Assembly (NCBI GenBank): GCA_051294375.1
Contig: CM119267.1
Span: forward strand, 7,730,683-7,794,682
DNA length: 64,000 bases
Direction: 5' to 3'
From: Paraspadella gotoi
Lineage: Eukaryota; Animalia; Chaetognatha
Position numbers and translations under genes: made by a program. Each line of letters begins with the position of its first letter. The stretch's first letter is position 1. Shown here piece by piece: positions 34,705 to 47,600 of the stretch. A model generated the notes under the pieces. It saw only the letters and a list, made by a program, of their open reading frames with translations, ran no database searches and was not told the origin of the DNA.

Positions 34705-35015
34705 AAATGGTAAAAAAAAACTTTTTAAGTATAGTGACCTCGCCAGAGAAAATTAATGAAAAAATAAAAAAATAAATAAAAATGATTGATGCGATAACGA
34801 TTCATTGATCCGAATGATAGTCATTCATTGATCCGAATGATAGTCATTCATTGATCCGAATGATAGTCATTCATCGTAAATAAAACAAACAAATACGTGT
34901 ATGAGAAAGAGAGACAGAGAAAGATAGAGAGAAGCTGAGCAGCCGCTGCAGAGCGAACTCGTTTTTAGACGAATCAGAAGAAGCTGCAACGGAAAAAAAG
35001 AGCGACATATAATTA
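34705..35015. repeat. Dispersed repeat family E containing a 23-bp tandem (ATTCATTGATCCGAATGATAGTC)x3; homologous copy at ~50455-51100
   Basis: Shared AAGTATAGTGA(C/T)CTCGCCAGA, ATTGATGCGATAAC and ACGAATC(A/G)GAAG..GC.GCA blocks in both copies. Confidence 0.65.
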
Positions 35016-35673
35016 AAAGAGAGAGAGAGAAAAAGAGAGAGGAATATGAAACAATTTAAAAGACCTCAATTTGATGAAATGAAATGATGAAAAGCCATAT
35101 CTAAATTTTCAGCTTCCTATGGTTACACACTTGAGCTATATTTCATGACGACGACGACGACCAAAAACAGCAGAAACGAATTAACATCTCATAATGCCCG
35201 CCTGACGAGATAAAAAACAATATCATAAAACAACAAAATAAATATGATGCATTATGGAAATTGGAATGACACAAAGTCGGGGCTAAACGTCGATTTAATT
35301 TTAAACGGAGAGGAAATAACACGTAAATTATTTAAATGAATATTCAGGTAGAATTTATAAGTTTATCTATTAACTCGAATACTCGTAGACAACAATTGTT
35401 ATTGGATCGCGATAAATGCGCATTATCTAGCGAGCCTGACATTTTTAAATGATACATTACAGATTACTCCTGTCTCGGCGTTATGCTCGATGATTCCCTT
35501 GTGGCCATTAGCAAAGAAAGACTGAAGTTGCGTTTGTCAATGTTCGTGAAATCGTTCATTTAGAAATTGCTCCATGGAGAATAAGATTTTAAATTTGATC
35601 GCAAGTTTCGGTGGCCATATCCTCGGCTTCTACAAGCGAAAAGGTAATACTAAAATGCTGTAGGTTTTTCCCT

Positions 35674-38600
35674 TCAAAACATGCCGACAGTCGGTGCCGT
35701 CGTCGTCACGTAATAGTCGGCGGCGTCCAGCACGGGCGCTGCAACGCTGTAATCAGCAGCTGCTGCGGCGACGGAAACGGCGGAAGGAGGCGGGCCCACC
35801 AGTGCCGGGTGTGAGGCAGCGGATGTCACGTAAGCCATAGAGGTCGTTTGATGAGCCGGAACGACGGCCGCCGCGTAATAAACTACGCCTAAAGCGCGAA
35901 GAGACCGAAAATTTACTCGCCTCGTTGAAAATTAGATAAATATAGCTTAATGAGATAAATGGGTATACTTGTTGAATTACCGTTAGCGTGAGAAACTGCT
36001 ATTCTCGGGTCGTAGTACTGTGAGGAGGGCGCAGGGGAATAGGCGTGAGAGACCGCATCGTTCGGGTTTGGGGAACCTGCGAGAATGAACCGAGATATTA
36101 CGGTCGAAGACGAGAAAGACAATAAAAGTTCTTTCATAAAATAAAGAAAGAGGATAAAATTAAAACTAAGAGAAACGATAAGATGCTATAATGGGAATGT
36201 GAAAAGGAGATCCAACTGATTCTCACTGAAACTATATTGCGGCACGTTTTGAAGTATATTTATTCAAGGTGGATGCTTCAATTCAAAAATCGTGGGGGAT
36301 GCAGTGCAAGAAAGGGAGTATCATTGCAGAGATCTTCGGGGGGGGAGGGGTCGGCTTGATGAAATTCGTTACCCGTAGTATAATAATTGGATTCATAAGT
36401 TTGGAAGGCGTTGGAGACGGTTTGCACGGCACCCGGGGCGTGGGCGTGACTGGGGGATTCGGAGAGGCGGTAGATGTCCACACTGTTGCTTTTGACCAGA
36501 CCGCGTTGGCCGTAGGGGGCGTAAGAACCGAGGTCGCCCGTCTGCAGGTGCTGAAGGTGATGCGGCGGAAGCTGACACGGGTCGACGGCAGCTGCGGCGG
36601 TGACGGCGACGGACCCGTCCCGTAGGCCCGGGCGGCGAAAATGGGGCGGGGGCGGGAAAAAAATGGGGAGCGGGGATGCGCGTCGGCCACCAAGGGACGC
36701 GAATCGGGCGGGGAACTTGCCATGACTGGTGTAGGGCAGTAGGGATATTGGGAGGGGTGAGAAAAGTGTGCTCTTTTTGGGTGGATCCTCTACATACAGT
36801 CGCCGAGAAATATTTTCTTTTAATTATTTATTCAAGTATTAGATTCCTCGAAATAAAAAAGAGTGCAATAAAAAAGAGTCGGTCGATTTTTTGGTCTTCA
36901 TCACCAAAACGGGAGTGATCCATTTTTGTATCTACACTTCCTCTCTCATTGAATTTTATAAAACCTGCGACTGTATTATAATCTATTAATGAATATACTA
37001 GCATTTGCATTCTATAATAATTTTAGAAAAATATGACGTTTAAGAATAACATTTTGTCCTAAAAAGCGTGTGGCTGATAATTCAGATACGGTGCCAGCAA
37101 TCAATAAGCATCCTTTAAAATTTATTTTAGGTATAGCAAAGATAATAGAAAAACCTAAGGGCGGATTTACCAGATCGAGGAAGTGAAGGGGAAGTCATGC
37201 TTTTGCTTTTTGATGGCATGCCAGAATTCTTTCCTACGGTATGCGTGAAGAGGAATTTGGGGAAAGAAAACGGGGGTGCGTGGGAAGCGTGAGTCTAAAG
37301 CTCTAAGGGTCTCTATGTCTTTTTTTTCGAGCGTGAAGGACTACCAGTACAAAAAGGGTGGCAAAAAGTAGGGAAGAGGGTACCTGAATACTTGCTGGTC
37401 GCCGCAGACGTCATCATGACCCCACGTCGCTGATTTGAAGGGGACTGAAGAATGAATTCGGAACTAATGGCGTGGACTCCGGACTGAGTTTGGCAGGCAA
37501 CCGGGCGAAAAAATGAGACAAAAGTGACATTGAAAGAATAATAAAGTGGCAGGGAGGAGAAGAGGAATCGCGTTGTAATTAGAGAACCACCATTGCCGGG
37601 GAAAAAATTATGGGAGTGGAAATTCACACCTGATGACTCAAAACAGTATTTGCGTTTACTCCGTATCGCGGGTGATGAGTTCCGCTGTGATTGGACGGGT
37701 CACCGATGTAATGAGCGCTGGGTAAATGAAAGTGTTATTCAGAAACCACCGTCACAAACCGCCGTTTTCGCAGTCAAGAAATTTAAAAGCTTCTTTAATA
37801 GATAATGTACTTGTCAATTTATAACGACACTAAAAATAGTTTAAAATTTATGTAGTTAATGAATCTTTCTCACAATAATTTCTTAGCCTTATTTTTTCAT
37901 AAAAAAATCGACTAAAACAGAGGCTTTCTTCCAACTGGAGTATGTAAATTGAACAAAGATCGTACAATATAAGCAAATCGTAAAAATTCAAATCTTTTGG
38001 CTTTTGCTAAGATTTTTCTGAAAGAATTAAATTTTTAAAGTTCCATTGGCACTTTACACTCAAGCCTCAGATCGGCTTTTGAAAGCAGGGAAATACCTGC
38101 CGACGTTTTTGTGAGATATTCTCGTATGGTGAGAGTTGACGGGAATGTTTTTCCGCAAAGTAGGTGGAGTGGGTTCGGAGTCCATGTCACCGAGAGACTC
38201 CATCGGCAAGTTTCCGGCTTCTGATTCCATGTCAAGTGATAGCCGAGGATTGAACTGAGAAGTGGCGGGAGGGAGAGGGCGATTCGGCAGCGATAAGGGA
38301 TGGAAAGGAAAAAAGGATGAAGAACTTCATTCTTTAACTTAAAAAATAAATAAATACCCATGATCGAGCTTTAATCTCTTTCGCGGCAACGTGAATTAGG
38401 TGACATTAGGATCGAGTTATTTAAAACAAAGGTTAAACAACAACGACAACAACAACAAAAGAGATTCTCTCTGAAGTCTGAACAATGAATAGCACAGCAG
38501 CAAGCCAGGAAGTGAAATAGAAAAAAAATGACGTATGACGGACTGTGTCGGTGAGAGCGCAGCATCGGGTTTGTCGCCCAACTAAAACTGCAAAGGGCCA

Positions 38601-41600
38601 CATCATACTAAATGCTTATAAATTATCATAAGAAAATAGTCTTGGCTGTCGAAAAATACAGCGATACTTCACTATTTTATCTAGCAAATAAGCAAATGTT
38701 AAAACGAGGAGAAAAAGAAAATTCGTTTAGCATGTAATCTTTTTCAAACAAAATTAAGGACGAAATCAAAACATTAAATCAATGAAAGACCATCACGAAG
38801 TTTGTAAACACAAAAAAGCTCATGCAATTAACAATTCTCGAAACGCGTACGTACGACCTATGTTCACTGATTATTTTAAGCCGTCAGATTGGAATTTGAG
38901 GTACTGTGAAGGAATAAAAACTAGAATTCGATTAACGTTTAAATAGGGAACCTATCAAATCCAGTTTATTACAACGACAAACAACCCGTTTAAGCATAAA
39001 ATCTGAGTGTTTCTCTTGGTTTATTTACAAACTTGTAAAATCAAACAAAACGCACAAAAGGACCGGCTTCTATAATCTACTTCAGACCGAAGACAAAACT
39101 TTTAAGAAATAATAAAAAGCGCAAAAAAAAACACGGAGGGGAACATTCATTCTCTCCCTTTCTTCCAATAATTTAAGCGACATCAAACGTGTAAACTATA
39201 GTAGATGGTTGGTTCCTCTGCGGTGGGCGGCACAGACGGCGGCTGCGAGACAAAGTTCCTGCCACCGGTTTTGGCCGAGTCGTTCGCCACCGAGCGAGGA
39301 CGGTGGTGATAAAGGTTGGGATCCGCGTCCCCAGCCTCCGAGGCACCATCGTCAATGAAGGAAATGTTGGAGACATTCGTCGTGGACATGGTGGCGATGG
39401 CCAGCGGCGACGCGTCGGCGGCGACTAGGGGCGAGGGAAGACCAGACACTCCCTGGTGCGGGTAGATGGAGGAGGGAGTGGAGCCGATAAGGGGGGAAGC
39501 GGAGGAGGCGCTCGGACATTGGGAGGAGGGAGAGAAGGACTGAGGCTGAGCGGAGGCTGGATACTGTCGGCGTGGATCGGACCGGTCGACCGGCTCGAAA
39601 ATGTTCGCCTCGGCGGCGCGTGGAACGTTGTCGTACTCGCTCCCGCGGTTGGCGCTGACAGCGGGTGAACGCGAATCGAACCCGTTGTTCATACTTTGCG
39701 GCGAGAGATACTGCGAACTGGAATTGTTGTAGTTGTTCGGCGTGGCGTTTGGAACCGAACGGCCGGGCTTGTACTGGTTTTAACGCGATGATTTCATTGG
39801 GGACGTGTGGGTGGAACGGAAAAAAAAATTCGAAAAAAGGGAAATCAAAGGTGAGAACGAAGGATGAAAAAAGAATAGATAAGAACTAAACATAAATAAA
39901 GCGGGAGAACTAAAACCAGGCCTTAAACCACCAAAGCCTGTCCAAAGTCAGGGGCAAGATAGCTTATTTATTAAATGAATGGATAATTTTTATATTGGTT
40001 GTACCAATTTCATGAATTCAGTGCTAAGTTTAGGAATAAATACGGCCCTTTATAACATAATTTCAGTATCTAGGGGCAATATGGTCTTCGAATCTAAGTT
40101 TCACAGGATACGGTGGTCTTAAGAATAACAATTTTAATTATTTGTAAATATATTTTACCAAAGGTTTGATAATCGTCGACATCACTTTTGTGGAGGCGTT
40201 TTTTTTTGTGATTTTCTTAGGTCAATTTATAGGATTTTTCTAGCCCAATTGGTTTATTAGTTTTGCTTGCCGAATAGTTCACCCTGATATATTAACTAAG
40301 CAAGCTTTGTACTACCGTTGAAGGCCCAATCATTATAGAAACTGTAGATATTGGGCGCTTTGGACCCACAGTGGCGTTGAAAAGGTAATGGCAAGATTAA
40401 GCCAATTCAACTGCGAGAACGCCAAAAACATGGTGGTGGCGAGTTTTTGGATGGCAGGAAAGTCACAGGTGATCCAGTTTACTGCTCAAATATCCTCATT
40501 CAAGTATTAAGCTTTTTAGGTTGTATTTCAGAGAGATACTACTGGACAAGAACGGTAATTCCAATGCGTTGCGCCGTTGTGACTTTATTTTTACGTGTAT
40601 TTCCTTTTGATCACTTGATATGACACGAGATGACTAAAAAACTTTCTTTGCCCGTGTATTTATGACAAACACTGCAGCAAATTTCCTTCTTTTATTACTT
40701 ATCGTTTTAGGAATTTTTGAAAGCGGCGCTAGCAGTCCCTTAGATTTAAGGTTTTTTCTGTCTTAACAAATAAGCAACCAACTATAAACAAATTATATAT
40801 ATTTTTAACATAAGTGGGACAGACCGACATACCGACCGAAAAGTGACTTACAGAGTTGCTCCGCGATTACTCGCGGCGCAATGAATACATAATAGTTTGT
40901 ATGTTTACGGAAAGTTTAAAAGGAGTAAAAATAATGCATTTTCTAAGATTTAAAGCATGATATTAGTCAGGTGCTGAGTCAATGCCAGGAAAGCTAATAA
41001 GCATATAAACGGAGTAACACAGATTCGCGACCACGCGAAGAAACGTTTACGATCGACAGATAAACATGAAACAATAAAACAACTAACAAAAAATTCTATA
41101 ATAAATATCACCAGAGTTGCATGCGATCAAAGCGTGCACAGGAAAATTACTATTTTTGTATTTAAAATTGTCATCTTAAATTGCGGACACGTAAATTTTT
41201 GTAATAAATGATTTTGGACAAAAATTCAGTCTGTAGACTTTGGTCATTGTATTTGTAAAATTACAGTTTATAAAATTTTTACAAGCTTTCACGACATAAT
41301 TTTACTACAATATAGCATAAGTCAGACAATTTTAAATGTACTTGATATTCTATCCCCATAAGAAGTTACTTAATTCATCAAATAAAAAAATACCTGCCGT
41401 TGCCCAACGCTTTGGTTTATAGCGACGCCGGGGGCAGGCTGTTGATGATCTGAATAATATTAATAACAAGGATGGCGAGAATTAATTGTCAGTGATTTTT
41501 TTTCTGCTTCGCCTAAGATAACGAATACTACTAGTAACTCTAAATTACTTTCCCCCTCCGAATAAACAAAAAATTATTTAGCATTTATTTAGATTTGAGA

Positions 41601-43155
41601 ATTCCTCTTTTATACCGAATTAATCCATTACGTCAAATTAACAAACATAGAGATTGACATCTTCCTCTCTCACTTGAGTTATTTCCGTTAGCTTTGAACT
41701 GAATCTTAACGTCCCTCTCGGAGGCGTAGTTGGTGGCATGAAGCGCAAGATTGCCGGTTCGGTCTGTCTTCACTTTTCGACCAATGTATCTAAGAAAAAA
41801 AAATGGCAAAAAAAAAAAAAAAAAGTAAAAACGACTTAAGTAATACGTATATCGTTGGAATAAGTGAAACTGAAAAAGCAATCCTACTTGGGATAATGAG
41901 GGGAGCAGAGAGTGTAAAGACAGTTTTTGACGCATCCTTGAGCGAAAGGATTGTGACCTCCTCGAAACTTGCCTGTAACCTGGAGTCAATTACAAACAAC
42001 AATAATGATTATCCATTATGATTAACTATGGACTACAATGTATATTTCATAATGTGAGTTAACAATATATATAATAAACAGCTTCAAGCATTATTAAGAA
42101 TCTCAAATATATAATTTGATTGCCAAGTAAAAGGTTTTATTTTTTATTTTGGTTCCGACAATGTTTAAAAAACTAAGCATACATAAAATTAAATAAGGCA
42201 CCTGTTCATTCGTAGTTCTTCCTCTAGACACGAGCATAATGTGAAAACCCGTGAGGCCACCGACGGGAATGATGAGAACTCCGACAATTATCATTATTAC
42301 CACGGAAACAACCCAGCCGACGCTCCCGACGTGGTCACCTTGAATTTACGACAACATTGTTTAAAAATGGGAATAATTTCCGATTTGATCACGCCTATTA
42401 TAAACGATTTCTTACCTTTTCTTAATAGGACGAAGAGTAAAGAAAAACCAAAAACCGATAGCATGTGAAGCGTAAGAGTGATGAGAAAGAAAAAGAAAAA
42501 TCGATAGTTTCTTCTCCCGACGCAATTGTTCACCCAAGGACAGTGATGATCGAACGTCTAAAAAGATTAAGTTAAATATAACAACAGCTATGTACAACTT
42601 TTAATTTAAGTAAAATGTTTGAAAGTTTTCTCTTTTTATTTTGAAGGCAAAAGATTATTTTCACAAAAAAATATTTCTTGCTGACCTCGATGCAATTATT
42701 GCAGACTGAACAGTGAGAGCACCGAGGCGGACGATAGAACTGGCAGGTGGTACACCATTTCATTCGGACCGAAATTCCTCGGATCTCGACGTTTTTGAAA
42801 AGAGGGGCGCGGATCTCTTCCTCGGCAACGGCGGGAGACTTGGGATGAATCCCGGGATCGAGGCAAGTGGCGAAGGAGAAGTTAACGATGGCGAAAAGAG
42901 CGAGGATTCCCTCGTAGATCGGAATGAGATAACCGTAGGGAAGCTCGTCGCCCATTTCCACCAGGAGTCGACATCTTGGAAAAGATTAAAAAAAAAAAAG
43001 TCCTGCCATTAGCTAGCACTAACGAGTATAGGATCCCTGTCACCAGCGTCGATTCACACTCACGGAAAAGCGAAGAAAAAGGCGGTGGTCGTGAGCAAGA
43101 GCAGCCACGCGAATATCGCGGGCAAGTATTGAGTGGAACACTTGCATTTGCACAT
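35674..43155 (-). CDS. ZDHHC8: DHHC palmitoyltransferase of the ZDHHC5/8 subfamily, with two candidate C-terminal tails
   Basis: Core exons 43155-43064, 42974-42686, 42557-42416, 42338-42202, 41979-41888, 41789-41674, 41449-41394 encode [60 protein letters not shown] and [20 protein letters not shown]. Tail A is exon 39773-39183. Tail B is exons 38254-38097, 37717-37630, 37444-37384, 37233-37171, 36789-36373, 36076-35981, 35888-35674. Symbol is approximate (invertebrate ZDHHC5/8 co-ortholog). Confidence 0.92.
40546..40882 (-). mobile_element. Helentron/DINE-1-like element, second copy
   Basis: Same ACAAGAACGGTAATT...GCGTTGCGCCG start, GACAGACCGAC tract and CTCGCGGCGCAA end as 30034-30255. 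Confidence 0.6.
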
Positions 43156-44657
43156 TTTATTGACGTCTTCCGAGTGAGTTTGACGAAAGCACGGACGTGG
43201 TGGGGGCGCGGGGGATCGGGAAATCACAGGTATTCGTTCAATTAGTTTTTCAGTCGACGTTAAACTAAGGCGACATCAGGCGGACCGTGACTTCGAACCG
43301 GCGTCACCGCCATCGTCCAACGAGGTGTTTCGGTGACGATACCGGCTCTCTTTCAATTTAATCGCCATTCAAGTCTTTTCGGAAGCGTCGTCAACGTCAA
43401 GTACGGACCGGAATCTTATTTTTAACCGAATTTTTAAATTTCCAAAAGTTTCCTGGTTTCTTCATAATAAAATGACTTAAAAACAAATAAAAACATTTAA
43501 CCATCACTCATAAACGAAAAAAATTTCGTCGGCTGAAACGAAAGTTTTAAAAAATGGGCAACTGTTTAAAGCCCAAAGTCTATTTAAAAAAATTGTCAAA
43601 TTAAGTTTAAATAAGTCGTAAAATACAATTTAAATCAAAATCTCAAGTTAAGGCCTGTATCAACTTTTTATCAACGTTACTGAATTATGAAGAAACAGTG
43701 CAAAGAAAAAATACCAAATTAATGAAAACATTGATTAATCAATTTCTCTCGACTCTGAAAAATGGAAAACCGAAGACGTTACGAGAAAGACGGGCGGAAG
43801 CGGGCTACTAGCGGCATTGGGGCGCGACCGAATCAGCAGCAGGAACTCGCTAATCGACATTTTGAAAAGGCTGTGTCGGGCTCTGTCGGGCGAGACAATT
43901 GTTAAAAGACAGACCAAAAAACAAATGGTATGCTGAATAATAAATAAATTCATAACATAATTGGTTTTAAATATTTTATTCGAATACAAACAAGGTTGAT
44001 TCAGTACAATCATCATCAACAAACAAATCTAACAATTCTGCTACACAAACAGACTAACAGACATAATACATGTATGCTATATACTATGCACTATACAGTA
44101 AATCGCCAATTTTTTATAAGTCATAGATAAAAAAAATTATAATTTTATAACATTTATAATTCCGTTTACAACAACTAGCAAACTAAAAGTCGATCTGAAT
44201 TTAATTTAGCTTAGTATGCCATCATACAAAACGTGGAGAACTAAAATGAAATTGGCACCAAGTTTATATTTTATTAAATTTAGTTCGGCATATTTTAATT
44301 ACACAATCTAAATCTAGGAACACAATTTGTACTTATTGATAATTTCAAATTCAAATATAAACAATTGTTCCAGTTATCATTTCATAGTTCATAATATATT
44401 CAACATAAAAGGTGCCAGTAAGGTGACTAGTGGGCACTAATATATCACTCACGACGTGGTTCTCAGTTTCTACAGAAGTGATTTGTAAAATTACAGCAAT
44501 TCAGTCGCGAAAAGAAAATAACGAGAACAAGTTAAAAGTAGTATATAGTTCGAAAAAGAAGCCATCAAAAAAATGTTTAGCTAGCACCCAAAAAACTAAA
44601 AAAAGCACCAATTGGAGAAATTGCAATACAAGTAATATTTAAGCGGTTGGCGTTACT

Positions 44658-47600
44658 TCATGGAAAACTTCCCTTGCGAATTTTTAAACTGGAAAAAATG
44701 TTCTGGAATCCGGCCTTTAAAGATGAACCGAAACCCTGCGTTCAAAAGGAGGTACGTTTTAATTAAAACATTATTTGAAAAATTAACCTGTGGAACGGTT
44801 AACTCGGTTGCCGAGAGAATTTATCCTCGACTTACTTTGCCTGGATTTCTTGTCTGACAGGCTACAGGTCCTCCCCACATTCGGTATCCGCGTTTGCCCG
44901 AAGCTGCCATCTCTAGACTCTGACGGTGAGCATCCAAACATTTCTGTTGGAAAACACATTCAATTTTACTTTCGAGTTCGCTACGCTTCTATCGCTTCTC
45001 CGCAAACCTGATAGCGAAGCTTACAAGCAGCCTCGACCGTTTTGCACAGCACGCAGGCACTCGGATCGCAGTGGAAGACGTGACACAGGAAAGTGTCTTC
45101 GGGCGTGTGCACGATGAAGGCGCAGAGCCTAAAAAAGACGCACAGGTAAAAAATAAATGAGATTCGAGAATCCCGGATGAAATATGAGACGGTCGGAATT
45201 ACTTGACGTTGTGCCCGATGCCCATAAAAGAGAGATAGCGAACTCGGCACTCTTCAACAAGACGACCTTTAGCAGACGCCTCAGTTATCTTAATGGTGGA
45301 GGGGGCGACGGCTACGTCCACCAACTGCCATCTTTCCGGGGCAACGCGAGATGAGAGTTTGTCGATCGCTGGATGAAGAACGTCCATTCCTGCCAACAGA
45401 CAATAACAATATTAAATCGATTTTTCGCCACTTATGTATAGTAAATATTTTCATAGTACATACCAGTAGGCTGGGGAACTTGCACTGCGCCAAGATAATG
45501 AGCCCGCAGTACTTTACGGGGCTCTTCCATCGGCGTCGGAAAATTGTTCGCTGAAAAATAATCGAGTGTATACAATATATATAATATAATATATAGCTAA
45601 TATACTATTTAGTTCTTTCTTACCAGTGACAAGAAGCAAGGTCATTCTGAATAGCTCTCCCCCTTCCATCTGGGCAAAAAGTATATCATATTATTATTAA
45701 ATAGTTATTTAATAAAAAATAAATAAAATATGGGTAAAATATCGGCATTGATTACTACCTGCATTTACCATGATGGAAAAAAAAATTGTCGCGGTTACTT
45801 TCCAGCTATTTTTTGGCATTTTAATGTAATAATCAAAAAATAAAATTTAGATATCAAAAAACTTTTTGTAATTCATATGAGCGGTATTTTATTTATGAAC
45901 GATAAAAAAAAAAGAGTTCCATACAAAGAAAAAAAATTAATTATCCAAAAAAATATTTCTTTCTTTTTTATCTTTTACATTTTTTATTTATATTAATTTC
46001 CAGTTTTTTTTATTACTTTTTGAGTTAAACTGTTACTATTAAAAATCCCTACCTTTTTTTAGTCTCATGTCAAATGGTTATTGCATCATCTCCATTAAAA
46101 TAGATTCAGGGATGAATCTTAATTCATATATCAAAAAAAGAATGTTATTAAAAATACAATGATTCTGTAAATGTTTTAAAAATTTTTTTATATTATAAAA
46201 TATCGATAAAAGTTATAAGGCTCCGGGTAACCTTTCTGTGAGCAAAGTTAATATTTTAATTGTTAGAAATATAATATTTATAATAATATGAATAATCTTT
46301 TTAATCAACAAGAGGTGAAAACAGTTAGAAACAACCTTTTTTGAAAGTAATTGTATGCAATTGAAAAATAATATTTTTATTTAATCCTAAGGAGGTCATA
46401 TTACATATAAAAACCTATTTAATAATTAAAAAATATATTTGACAATGAAATTAACCGACTTTTCCAAACCACAACAATTTTTTTTCCATCATGGTATGCT
46501 TCTTGATCTTTTAAAACGAGTAATCATATTAAATGATTTGATTATATCAAAAAATTTTGCAACGGTAAAACGACTGAGTCCATAAATTATTGAATTTTTT
46601 TTTTATTCTCAAAGCTACAATGGCACCTTTATAAACCAAAAAGCTGCGGTGCCTTTAACATAACTAAATAAAAAAATAAAAAAAACGATTGATTTAAAAT
46701 AAAAACTAATTAAAAAAAGATAAAAGATTAAATATGATTATGATTTTTAATTAATTTTTTATTTAAATCAATTGTTTTTTTAAATTTTTTTATTTAGTTA
46801 AGTTAAAACAACCGCAGCTTTTTGGTTTATAAAGGTGCCATGTAGCTTTGAGAATAAAAAAACAAAACAAAAAAAACAATTGATTTAAAATAAAAACTAA
46901 TTAAAAAAGATAAAAGATTAAATATGATTTTATGATTTTTAATTAATTTTTATTTTAAATCATTGTTTTTTTTATTTTTTTATTTAGTTATGTTAAAGGC
47001 ACGCAGCTTTTTGGTTTATTAAGGTGCCATTGTAGCTTTGAGATAAAAAAAAAAATTCAATAATTTATGGACTCAGTCGTTTTACCGTTGCAAAATTTTT
47101 TGATATAATCAATAAGGCGTAGTGAAAGTTACGTAAGAAAATTCTAAAGGTCAATTATGAACAACATACCATCAGTGAACATTAATTTGTAAAAAAAATT
47201 AATTTTAATGTTTTTTAATTTTCGCAGTAGGCTAATTTATATATAGTACTATCCTTATAAAATTGAAAAATTCAAAATAGGCTTTTCTTAATTTTGATTG
47301 CAGATTTGAATTCTTCGTCAAAAGTTATTAAAAAAATATAAATTATTTTTAAAAATTCTTTCATTAAGTGGGTTAAAATTATAAAAACTATATTTAATAT
47401 ATAAAAAGTTAATTTTCAGCTTAAAAATAGCTTTTCTAATTTTTGACCCACTTAATGAAGGAATTTTTTAAAAGAAGTTATATTTTTTTTATCAACTTTT
47501 TATGACGAATCCAAATCTACAAAAAATCTTAGAAAAAACTGTTTTAAAATTTTAACATTTATTGGATTAGTACTAGTATAAATATGGCCTACTGCGTAAA

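Noticed and set aside
34800-34873. 23-bp direct repeats, superficially CRISPR-like
   Set aside because: Head-to-tail with no spacers, eukaryotic context and no cas genes; a minisatellite within a dispersed repeat.
35200-35235. CTGACGA followed by a short stem, hammerhead-like
   Set aside because: No GAAA after the stem, and helices I and III cannot be formed.
36655-36665. T7 run considered as a programmed -1 frameshift site in the ZDHHC tail
   Set aside because: Not a canonical slippery heptamer in frame, and the acceptor at 36789 keeps frame without recoding.
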